Source: Eledone cirrhosa (taxonomy: Eukaryota). From it: DNA of 64,000 nucleotides. The notes below the pieces were generated by a model. That model did not search any database. It was not told the DNA's origin and saw only the letters and a list, made by a program, of their open reading frames with translations. The stretch lies in assembly GCA_964016885.1 (NCBI GenBank), contig OZ024750.1, positions 11,780,001 through 11,844,000 of the forward strand. The letters run 5' to 3'. Shown piece by piece: positions 53,401 to 64,000 of this stretch (positions within the stretch are counted from its first letter, which is position 1; each line of letters begins with the position of its first letter). The position numbers and the translations under genes are program-made.

Positions 53401-54007
53401 AATATCACTTGAAGATATTGGTGGGCAGTGTAAACCACAGCTTTAGAAAATCAGAAATAGTCGAAAGCTACTTTATTCAGTGGTTTGTTCTTGTGGTTAT
53501 ATACTTGAAACGGTTTTTCATTGTGCAAGTTAGAAAGCAAAAGAATGCATAAATTGTAATTAATAGAATCTAGCTTTAACATAATGGCTGAAAATGATCT
53601 ACCTTCCTGTCCAGTCTATGGAGATTACCATTTCTATCATCATCATCATCACCACCATCATCACTCTTTTTACATTTGTTTCTCCATAAAAGATATATTT
53701 AGAAAGGCAATTGTGAAATTGGTGTGTCAAATTTTCATATAGTCTTTATTAAATATCAGTTAAATAGTTAACCTTTTTTTATGTTAATGTTAAATATAAT
53801 TAAATTTACCATCTGTTTAGGTTGAAAGCGTCTTTCTCAATGCATAGAATCATTTCCCTGAAAATAGTCTCATTTATTCAAAAGACTGTCTACAGTTCTA
53901 AATGCCACTCTGTTTGGAATCACGGATATTTTATTAACAGTTCTTAACATGTTTATTCACATGAATACATTATAGCACTTTACTGTACTGTGTAGTTAAT
54001 TATGAAA

Positions 54008-54045
54008 CCACCACTACCACTACTACTACTACTGTTACTACTACC

Positions 54046-54120
<75 letters not shown>

Positions 54121-54208
54121 ACCACCACCACCACCACCACCACCACTACTACTGTTACTACTACTATCACTACTACTACTATCACTACCACAACCACCAC
54201 TACTACTA
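54008..54208. repeat. (ACT)n/(ACC)n/(GCT)n compound trinucleotide repeat
   Basis: Direct inspection. Confidence 0.97.
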
Positions 54209-55175
54209 TCTTTGGAGTTATGTTAGAAACACGAACTGTTGCTTTATAAGTTTAAACATCAAATTTTATTCAAATTTTATTATGAAGGGAAAAAAAAACA
54301 AAAAAACTTTACCAATATGGAAAAACCAGCATTAAACCAACAATAATTATTCTAAAAATCAAAGTCTTTTATATTTCTTTGTATTGAATTATTTCTTTTA
54401 TCACCTATAGCAAGAATAATTTTTTGTTAAGAAACTCCTTGTTTCATTGAAAATCTTGGAATATCTTATTCCGAAGAAGAAGAAAAAAAAGTCTCATTTT
54501 AGTCTATGGGGCCTATGGGAAATTAAGTGATGTTATTGCCATGAATGTTGTATAAGAATATTCCATAAAGATCTTATCTTCAATGATACAACTGCATTAA
54601 ACAACAATAAGAAGAAATTCTTCAGTTTCCTACTAGTTTAATGTTGAAACCTTTTTTTCTTCTCTCTCTCCCTTTTTTTGTTGTTATTTTTGACATAACA
54701 CTTAACACATCTTCAGCTGAAAAGTATTTTAAAGTATGTAATTTTTCTCTACCAATAGTAACCTGCTACTAAAATTTTAGGTCAGACTATTGTTAAACTA
54801 TTGCTCCTGATAGATTTCATCTTTCACCTACCAATACATATTGATAATGCAAATAATAGATGTTGCAGTTATCTCATATATTTACTCAATATTCACTTCC
54901 TACTTTTTTTTTATTATTTTTTTTTTTATTATTGTTTGTTGTTTTTTGTGGGTGGAGGGAAGTGCAGCGTGTAGTGTGAATTGAAAAAGAATGTTGGCAC
55001 CAAACATATTTGCTGCTATGTGCAGTATATGTAGCTCTACTTATATAGATATAAATACAAAAGAATGATGTATGTTAGTTGGAAATATGTTGATTGATGG
55101 ATATAAATACAAAACTTAGAAACAGACCTTGAAAAATGCAGGACATTGCAGTGAGGAGGACAGATCTGTGAATAT

Positions 55176-57630
55176 TGGACCTCACTGCAGACCTGATTCT
55201 GTAGGCCTCACAGAAGACATGATACTGTGGACCTCACAGAAGACATGATACTGTGGGCCTCACAGAAGACATGATTCTGTGGACCTCACAGAAGACATGA
55301 TTCTGTGGACCTCACAGAAGACACGATACTGTGGACCTCACAGAAGACATGATTCTGTGGACCTCACAGAAGACATGATTCTGTGGACCTCACAGAAGAC
55401 ATGATATTGTAGGCCTCACAGAAGACATGATTCTGTGGACCTCACAGAAGACATGATACTGTGGGCCTCACAGAAGATATGATACTGTGGACCTCACAGA
55501 AGACACGATTCTGTGGACCTCACAGAAGACACGATTCTGTGGACCTCACAGAAGACACGATTCTGTGGACCTCACAGAAGACACGATTCTGTGGACCTCA
55601 CAGAAGACACGATTCTGTGGACCTCACAGAAGACATGATTCTGTGGACCTCACAGAAGACACGATTCTGTGGACCTCACAGAAGACATGATATTGTAGGC
55701 CTCACAGAAGACATGATACTATGGCTCACAGAAGACATGATATTGTAGGCCTCACAGAAGACATGATTCTGTGGACCTCACAGAAGACACGATTCTGTGG
55801 ACCTCACAGAAGACATGATATTGTAGGCCTCACAGAAGACATGATTCTGTGGACCTCACAGAAGACACGATTCTGTGGACCTCACAGAAGACACGATTCT
55901 GTGGACCTCACAGAAGACACGATTCTGTGGACCTCACAGAAGACATGATATTGTAGGCCTCACAGAAGACATGATTCTGTGGACCTCACAGAAGACATGA
56001 TACTGTGGGCCTCACAGAAGATATGATACTGTGGACCTCACAGAAGACACGATTCTGTGGACCTCACAGAAGACACGATTCTGTGGACCTCACAGAAGAC
56101 ACGATTCTGTGGACCTCACAGAAGACACGATTCTGTGGACCTCACAGAAGACATGATTCTGTGGACCTCACAGAAGACACGATTCTGTGGACCTCACAGA
56201 AGACACGATTCTGTGGACCTCACAGAAGACACGATTCTGTGGACCTCACAGAAGACACGATTCTGTGGACCTCACAGAAGACATGATTCTGTGGACCTCA
56301 CAGAAGACACGATTCTGTGGACCTCACAGAAGACATGATATTGTAGGCCTCACAGAAGACATGATACTATGGCTCACAGAAGACATGATATTGTAGGCCT
56401 CACAGAAGACATGATTCTGTGGACCTCACAGAAGACACGATTCTGTGGACCTCACAGAAGACATGATATTGTAGGCCTCACAGAAGACATGATTCTGTGG
56501 ACCTCACAGAAAACACGATTCTGTGGACCTCACAGAAGACACGATTCTGTGGACCTCACAGAAGACACGATTCTGTGGACCTCACAGAAGACACGATTCT
56601 GTGGACCTCACAGAAGACACGATTCTGTGGACCTCACAGAAGACACGATTCTGTGGACCTCACAGAAGACATGATACTGTGGACCTCACAGAAGACATGA
56701 TACTGTGGACCTCACAGAAGACACGATTCTGTGGACCTCACAGAAGACACGATACTGTGGGCCTCACAGAAGACATGATTCTGTGGACCTCACAGAAGAC
56801 ACGATTCTGTGGACCTCACAGAAGACACGATTCTGTGGACCTCACAGAAGACACGATTCTGTGGACCTCACAGAAGACACGATTCTGTGGACCTCACAGA
56901 AGACACGATTCTGTGGACCTCACAGAAGACACGATTCTGTGGACCTCACAGAAGACACGATTCTGTGGACCTCACAGAAGACACGATTCTGTGGACCTCA
57001 CAGAAGACACGATTCTGTGGACCTCACAGAAGACACGATTCTGTGGACCTCACAGAAGACACGATTCTGTGGACCTCACAGAAGACACGATTCTGTGGAC
57101 CTCACAGAAGACATGATACTGTGGACCTCACAGAAGACACGATTCTGTGGACCTCACAGAAGACACGATTCTGTGGACCTCACAGAAGACACGATTCTGT
57201 GGACCTCACAGAAGACACGATTCTGTGGACCTCACAGAAGACATGATACTGTGGACCTCACAGAAGACATGATACTGTGGACCTCACAGAAGACACGATT
57301 CTGTGGACCTCACAGAAGACACGATTCTGTGGACCTCACAGAAGACATGATTCTGTGGACCTCGCAAAGGACATGATACTGTGGACCTCGCAAAGGACAT
57401 GATACTGTGGACCTCGCAGAGGACATGATACTGTGGGCCTCGCAGAGGACATGATACTGTGGGCCTCGCAGAGGACATGATACTGTGGGCCTCGCAGAGG
57501 ACATGATACTGTGGGCCTCGCAGAGGACATGATACTGTGGGCCTCGCAGAGGACATGATACTGTGGGCCTCGCAGAGGACATGATACTGTGGGCCTCGCA
57601 GAGGACATGATACTGTGGGCCTCACAGAAG
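55176..57630. repeat. 26-bp satellite, ~94 copies
   Basis: Unit ctcacagaagacacgattctgtggac; 3' block variant ctcgcagaggacatgatactgtgggc. Confidence 0.98.
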
Positions 57631-57914
57631 AGTTGATACTATGCTGAAATCTCATTTAGGTTGTACCACTGTTGAAACAAAAGTGTGGATGCTTGCATGG
57701 GTCAGACAGGCTGTCATGTTTTGAGGGGAGGGGTTGGACTGGTCAGGTGATCATATCTTGCTCATGCTTTCCATTTCTGGTTCGGTTTCCATGGCTGAAT
57801 ACCTCCCTCCCCCCATTCCCAATCACAATGATAGAGATACATACCAGGTTTTCTTAAATGTCTAATTTGATTAAGATTATGGATTCATCTTATCAAATAG
57901 ATGGAATTCTTTAT

Positions 57915-58084
57915 AAATAGACATCACTGAGATATGCATATATATATATATATATATACATACATATATATATAGAATTACATATATATTTACATACATA
58001 TAGACATAACTGTTAGTAGTATATCTGAGGTTTATATACATACACATACATATAGACATAACTGACAGCAATTTATGTGAGGTT

Positions 58085-58126
<42 letters not shown>

Positions 58127-58253
58127 AACATCTAGACATAACTAACAGTAGTATATCTGAGGTTTATATACATATATATATATATACACACACATACATA
58201 TATATACATACATACAGGCATAACTGACAACAGTATATATGAGGTTTTTATAC

Positions 58254-58322
<69 letters not shown>

Positions 58323-58352
58323 CAACTGACAGCAGTATATGTGAGCTTTATA
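57915..58352. repeat. ~35-bp unit (agacataactgacagcagtatatctgaggttt) repeated ~6 times with microsatellite spacers
   Basis: Direct inspection. Confidence 0.85.
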
Positions 58353-58548
58353 TACATGTGTTTCAAAGTTGATGTAAATTTAATGTCCTACATGTTTATC
58401 TGCACTGTAACATCCTATCACATCTGACATTATTAATATCTGTTATCTTTAGTAATATTTTCTGACTTTATTTAGCAACTTTATCTCTATTTTAACAGGA
58501 GTTAGTTGATGTTGTAATCCTTATTTGATGTGATTTTTATCTTTCCAG

Positions 58549-58614
58549 ATGACAGAAGGCCGCAAAACACAGGTTATTTTGTTGGATGAAAATAGGCTTG
58601 ACATCACTATACAG
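58549..58614 (+). CDS. FRMD4: FERM domain-containing protein 4 (FRMD4A/B-like), first FERM exon MTEGRKTQVILLDENRLDITIQ
   Basis: tttttatctttccag|ATG...CAG|gtaaat, 66 nt, phase 0/0. The peptide closely resembles vertebrate FRMD4A MTEGRRCQVHLLDDRKLELLVQ (recalled sequence). The rest of the gene lies beyond the window. Confidence 0.9.
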
Positions 58615-58688
58615 GTAAATATATCGAAACAATTGTTAATTAATTAATTAATTAATTTCCATTGAGCCAGTCAATATTATTAATAATT

Positions 58689-58875
58689 GTTTCTACTTTC
58701 GGCACGAGGCCAGCAATTATCTCTGTGTGTTACTGGTGCTTTATTTTATCGACCCCGTAAGGATGAAAGGCAAAGTTCACCTCGGCGGGATTTGAACTCG
58801 GACCATAAAGGGCCGTAACTCTTTGCTGCAAAGCATGGCGTCCGACCTTCTACCGATACTGCCAACTCACCGCCG
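58689..58875 (-). mobile_element. tRNA-derived SINE
   Basis: Full-length young-family copy. Confidence 0.92.
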
Positions 58876-58975
58876 TATTAATAATAATAACAATAATACA
58901 CACACACATGGGATCCCAACTCTTTATAATATAACCATACTCTACTACCCCAAGTATCGAGTACTCTGCTGAATA

Positions 58976-59012
58976 ATGGTATTACCAATTTCAAACTGAT
59001 TCCATCCTGATT

Positions 59013-59068
<56 letters not shown>

Positions 59069-59484
59069 TAAGAATATTTTCGAAGCAGTGATCGAGTTTG
59101 AAATTATAAATGTAAGCTATCGCCGTATTTTGACTAAAGAAATAAATTAAAGAAATTATTTAGCCTGATAGTGGGGTTAAGAACCCTCGGAGAAATGGAA
59201 AAAGATGAGTATTGACGTACATGGGAGTCATGTGTTGGTGTAATGGCAGCACAGTGGTCTGGATAACCGCAGATGTGGGTTCGACTCCCATGTACGTCAA
59301 TACTCATCTTTTTCCATTTCTCCGAGGGTTCTTAACCCCACTATCAGGCTAAATAATTTCTTTAATTTCTTTAGTCAAAATACGATGATAGCTTATATTT
59401 ATAATTTATATATATATATATCAAGTACCTATATATATATATATATAAATCAGGATGGAATCGGTTTGAAATTGGTAATACCAT
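58976..59484. repeat. Nested inverted repeat: outer 38-bp arms, (TA)n, inner ~125-bp arms
   Basis: 58976-59013 versus 59447-59484; 59101-59229 versus 59283-59407. Confidence 0.92.
59229..59299 (+). tRNA. tRNA-like cloverleaf (anticodon GGA, short variable loop); probable pseudo-tRNA or SINE head
   Basis: A box TGGTGTAATGG; D stem GTGT/GCAC; anticodon stem GTGGT/ACCGC with loop CTGGATA; T arm GTGGG-TTCGACT-CCCAT; acceptor 6/7 paired with three G-U; T5 at 59309-59313. Confidence 0.65.
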
Positions 59485-59496
59485 GATGATGATATA

Positions 59497-59855
59497 TTAT
59501 TCCATGTGTCTAACATACGTGGGCATGCCCACAAAGTCAGAAGACAGCACAGCTCCCATGACTTTCTGAAACATTTTTTCACGCTCAGAGTTGCTGAAGC
59601 ATGGAACAAACTACCTGCATCAGTTATTAGCTGTCGAGACATTTCATCCTTTAAAACCTCCATGCTTCCTGAGATTCACGAACACTACACCTAATATTCC
59701 CCCTCCATACACACGCACACATGTATATCATGACTCGTACACTATTCACTCCCCTGACATTTGTATATTATTCTATGTACTATACATGCACCTTTGATGA
59801 GTTGTAGTGCACCTGAGCACTGTACACAATAATTTCATTATTATTATTATTATTA
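59497..59855 (+). mobile_element. CR1-type LINE 3' end
   Basis: IRGHAHKVRRQ....FLKHFFTLRVAEAWNKLP...FK motif; 3'UTR and (att)n tail match the 27992-28265 family. Confidence 0.9.
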
Positions 59856-60347
59856 TATATATAAAGTCCCTGAATCTTTATTTCTCTATCTTATTAGCTA
59901 TGGTATTCACATGACTTTCTCATTCTTCAGAACTACAACGGCACTGCTGTTATTGATTTGGTTGTAATGTTAAAGATCTTTTACACATGTATATCTTACG
60001 TAACTGAACTTGATAACTTAAGATCATTATTGGTTACATTATCTTATTATGAGCTTCACCTCTTACTTTTACCTCTTCTTGTTGTCATATTGTTGCTACA
60101 GTTATCATTTCATATTTAATACTCTGTCTCAGAACCTTCAAAAGATGCCAATTATAATCATATTCAGCTCAGGAAAAGCCATGGTAATTAATTTCTTCTT
60201 TCTACACATAGTATAGAAGAAATCTAAGCTTTGGGAATTGTATTGAGAATTGAAAAGGTTCCTTGAAAGCTTTAAGGCTTGCAGTGAGATACAGGAAATG
60301 GACACATACCTAACTCAATTTTAAATGGAATATTCCACTACCCCCGC

Positions 60348-60397
<50 letters not shown>

Positions 60398-60809
60398 ATC
60401 TTATTTATTATATTTCTGTCACAAACCAAATAGAGCTGATAATGTAATTGTTGTAGTTTATTGGCTTTTATTTGTTTTATTTATTTGTTTATTGACATGT
60501 TTATTGACTTTTCTGAAGAATTATGGTGCTATTGGACCAAGTACATTGTTCTACTTATTGGAAAAATAATACCTCTCCCCCACCCTGTTTTTAAGGTTCA
60601 CTTTGTATACACAGAGTGGTGTCTATGACACATTTCAAGGCATCTGACACTTGTGGTAGAGAGAGAGAGAGGAAGGTCTCCTCAAATTAGAAACCTTGTC
60701 TAAATGCTTGCAACAATTGACTCCTTCACTAAAGGAACCTCCCAAGAGCCAAGGGCAGTGTTAGATATGTATATTAGAAAGGTTATTTAGTTGAACCTAG
60801 GATGGATGA

Positions 60810-60849
<40 letters not shown>

Positions 60850-61689
60850 CAGAAAATTTTGAGTGAATGAAAGAGCTTCAATGTGGCTGTTTGACTTTCT
60901 AGAAAAAGCAAACCTTCCTCCCCTCCATCATTACACAACAGCTCTCTCATAAAAAGAACCAACACGTTGAAGAGCATAGTAATAATACGCTGTCTGCAAT
61001 AATATGGGTTAATCATAGCTGGACCTTCTTTGATTACGGGTCTATTTGGGGCTAAACAGCAACAACAAGAACAACTAGAGAGGTTCCTGTTGATGTCATT
61101 TTAGATGTTTTGAGTTTCATCCTCTTGAAAAAGAAATTCTCCAACCACTGAATCACTTATTTAACACAGTGTGTTCACTTGTAGAATTTAAAAATTACTT
61201 TTATTTAATTATGAAAGCTGCCTAATCAATTATTTATAGATTGTGTTTCTGCAGTAGGTTTGATTAATTGCGTTAGTTCTCTAGTGTTGCTTTATGGAAG
61301 ACATGCTATGAATACTTCACATAGATTTTACTCACAGAATCATAATTCATATTCTACATATATTTTGGTGTAGAATTCATTCATGGCAAGTTAGCAGAGT
61401 TGTTAAAGAGTTGACGAAAAAGTGTCTTCTAGTATTTGTGCTGATTCTCTCCACTCTGAGTTCAAATCTTGCAGAAATCAACTTTGGCTTTCATCCTTTT
61501 TAGGTGTCGATAAGAATAAAATAATGCCTCTTCAAAGTGATGGATTAAATAAAGAATCAATTGACGAGTTCCCAGGCCTCACTTACTTACTGAGTGGGTT
61601 GGAACATGTTAAATTGGACAAAGGAAACAATGTTTCCATTGGTCTTTCCATTGCTGATAGTATCTACCAGTTGCAACTCCCAGCAGAAA

Positions 61690-61805
61690 GGGCAACATGA
61701 AATAAAGTGTCTTGCTCAAGGGCATAATGCATCACCCAGTCTGGGAATCGAACTCGCAACCTCATGATTGCGAATCCGATTCTCTAACCACTAAACCATA
61801 TGCCT
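61690..61805 (-). mobile_element. SINE head, second family
   Basis: aagtgtcttgctcaagggcat...gggaatcgaactcgcaacctcatgattg...taaccactaaaccat. Confidence 0.75.
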
Positions 61806-62429
61806 TCACTGATGAATTAGTAGTGTACTTGAATATCAAATTTGATCTGCCATCATCCGCCACCTGGTTTAACACCATTATTTGGCCCTTGGATGCCTTT
61901 AGTAGATTCCATGTTATTACAGACATTCAAGTCTTCCCATTATTATTTGAGGCCCTGAAAATGATAATAGGTACTGTCCCTCCCCACCTGACTAAATAAT
62001 GTAAACAAAAACAAAAATCCAGATGAATATTTTTATTTAAATTAAAAAATATATATATTTATTTTAGTAAATTTCTAACATGGTTGTTTTAAATATTGTT
62101 AGTAATGTTAGTTTTATATAATGTTCTGTAATTGTTGACTGGAATACAAATAACCCAAAACTACTGCCTAACCCATGCAAGTGTGGAAAAACGGATGTTG
62201 ATGATGATTACTCAATTTAATTCTATTTTTATTTCCTTAAACTAAGAAAACTAAAAAGAAACAAATTTATTCTTTTAACGTTTTACCTCATTGTAGTCAC
62301 CACACCCATTTGGTATTCAAATTCTTCAAATCTAGCTGCGATATGAAGTTTTGTTACCCTCTTACCTATGGTATGCTAGAAGCAACCTGGCCAAAACTAC
62401 CCCTAGTTCTAAATATATAACTGCTTGTT

Positions 62430-63041
62430 TTAACCTTTTAGTTACCAACCTGGCTAAAACCAGCTCTGGTTCTATGAAATAAAACCACCGATTTTAAAGG
62501 TTTCCAATTCAAATTAAAATCTTCCAACATAATTTTATATAAGAACTTTACATTAAGTTACTATCTTAGTAATGAAATAGTTAATCATTTTAGTAAATCT
62601 CTCAAAATTTGAAACAAAGTATATTTCATTAGAAATGTGGTCACAAAAGGGAATGGGACATGACATGGCATGGCATGGCATACTTCTATCGATTAACCCT
62701 TTAGCATTTGAACCAGCCATATCTGGCCAAAATTGTCTCACCTCTTTCTATTCAAACCAACTGTAAGCCGCCGCTCAAACTGACGTTAAGGTATTGTTCT
62801 CAAAATATATAATATCAAAATCTCGTAGATTCGATATTATGTGAGATAATTATGTAAGGTAATTAATTTACCACAAAATGTGAGGTAATTTACCACAAAA
62901 ATACAAAAGTTTATATAGAGTAATGTAAATGCTATTTTAATAATGAAATAATTAATAATTTTTTGTAAATCTCTCGAAATTCATTATTAATTAATTAAAA
63001 TAGAGTGTATTACATTAGAAATGCAGTCATGAAAGGGTTGA
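62430..63041. mobile_element. Cluster of piggyBac-type MITEs (family 2 at 62430-62651, family 1 at 62693-62934, family 2 end at 62940-63041)
   Basis: Homology to the other copies; ttaacc(c)tt ends. Confidence 0.8.
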
Positions 63042-63442
63042 ATCACACAAAAGATTGAGTCTGTTTTAGTTTTATAATTGTTTTTATATTTAACACTACA
63101 AATGTTTAAAATATATGTTAGATTTTACACACCCAAGTATACACGCATACACACACACCCCCCAACCCCTACATGTTTGGTTTTCCATGGAATTATGTCG
63201 AGGATATGCTACACATCATATGAGGAATGTTTCATATTTTGCATCAAAACTAACATTTCCCTTTTTTTTTCAAAGATAAATATTTTGATGTTTCTTAGAA
63301 AAACATTCTTGAGGTAAAGAAGAATAAGAAAAAAGGGAAGGGAGACAGAGAATAGAAATTTTACTTCATTGATAATTTGAATTGAGTCCAGTATTTTAAA
63401 ATTAACATTCCTTACTTCTTAATAATAATAATAATAATAGTG

Positions 63443-63852
63443 ATTTCTAGTATAGGCACAAGACTAGGGGAGAGGAGAAAGTTGATTAAATCTACCCAGT
63501 ACGTTACTGGTACTTTATTTTATTGACTCTGTAAGGATGAAAGGCAAAGCTAACCTCGGCGAGATTTGAACTCATAACGTAAAGGGTCGTAACTCTATGT
63601 CGCTAAGCACGTTGTCCGACGCTCTACCGATCTTGCCAATCCACCACTAATAATAATAATAACAATAATTGTTTATTTCTACTTTTGGCACAAGACCAGC
63701 AATTATCCCAGTGCATTACTGGTACTTTATTTTATCGACCCCCGTAAGGATGAAAGGCAAAGTTAACCTCCGCAGGATTTGAACTCAGACCGTAAAGGGG
63801 CGTAACTCCATGCTGAAAAGCATGGCGTCTGACCCTTTACCGATACTGCCAA
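63443..63852 (-). mobile_element. Two tandem SINE copies (63443-63647, 63676-63852) in an (AAT/AAC)n tract
   Basis: Young SINE family sequence. Confidence 0.92.
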
Positions 63853-64000
63853 GCAATAATAATAGGAACAACAACAACAATAATCATAATAATGATGATA
63901 ACAATAACAATAACAATAATAACAACAATAATAATAATAGTTTTTACTTTATCTTGAGCATTTATTTTATCCAGTATGTAATTGTTTGATGACGGAGAGC

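Noticed and set aside
54000-54226. Poly-Val or poly-Leu membrane protein ORFs
   Set aside because: Translation of a trinucleotide microsatellite.
55176-57655. CRISPR-like array of palindromic repeats and long repetitive ORFs
   Set aside because: Units are contiguous with no unique spacers, there are no cas genes, and the context is eukaryotic; the ORFs are satellite artefacts.
57915-58352. Repeat-spacer pattern resembling CRISPR
   Set aside because: The spacers are just variable-length TA/CA microsatellites.
59161-59200. CTGATAG...GAAA as a hammerhead in the inner arm
   Set aside because: The core is not CUGANGA and no stem III or stem I can be formed.

Overview
AT-rich, microsatellite-dense animal DNA, most likely octopus or another coleoid cephalopod (inferred from the SINE, RTE, CR1 and MITE families and the simple-repeat load). 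The window is mostly the long 5' intronic region of a + strand FRMD4-family gene (FERM domain-containing 4A/B-like). Its 66-nt exon MTEGRKTQVILLDENRLDITIQ lies at 58549-58614, preceded by three candidate phase-0 alternative N-terminal exons (3873-4148, 24805-24873, 49897-49941). Several - strand exon-like segments suggest an overlapping antisense transcript. The introns hold about 20 tRNA-derived SINE copies, LINE relics (RTE, CR1, R4/Dong-like), hAT, mariner and piggyBac-type MITEs, and many mini- and microsatellites. The most striking unannotated signal is a set of short palindromic elements embedded in (TA)n/(CA)n tracts. They carry minimal hammerhead-ribozyme motifs (two with complete cores at 40459-40585) and a shared GAGTAC tail, as in Penelope-like elements. 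A related ~510-bp nested hairpin has a tRNA-like cloverleaf at its apex (59229-59299). Nearly all ORFs in the supplied track are repeat artefacts. All alignments and folds were done by eye.
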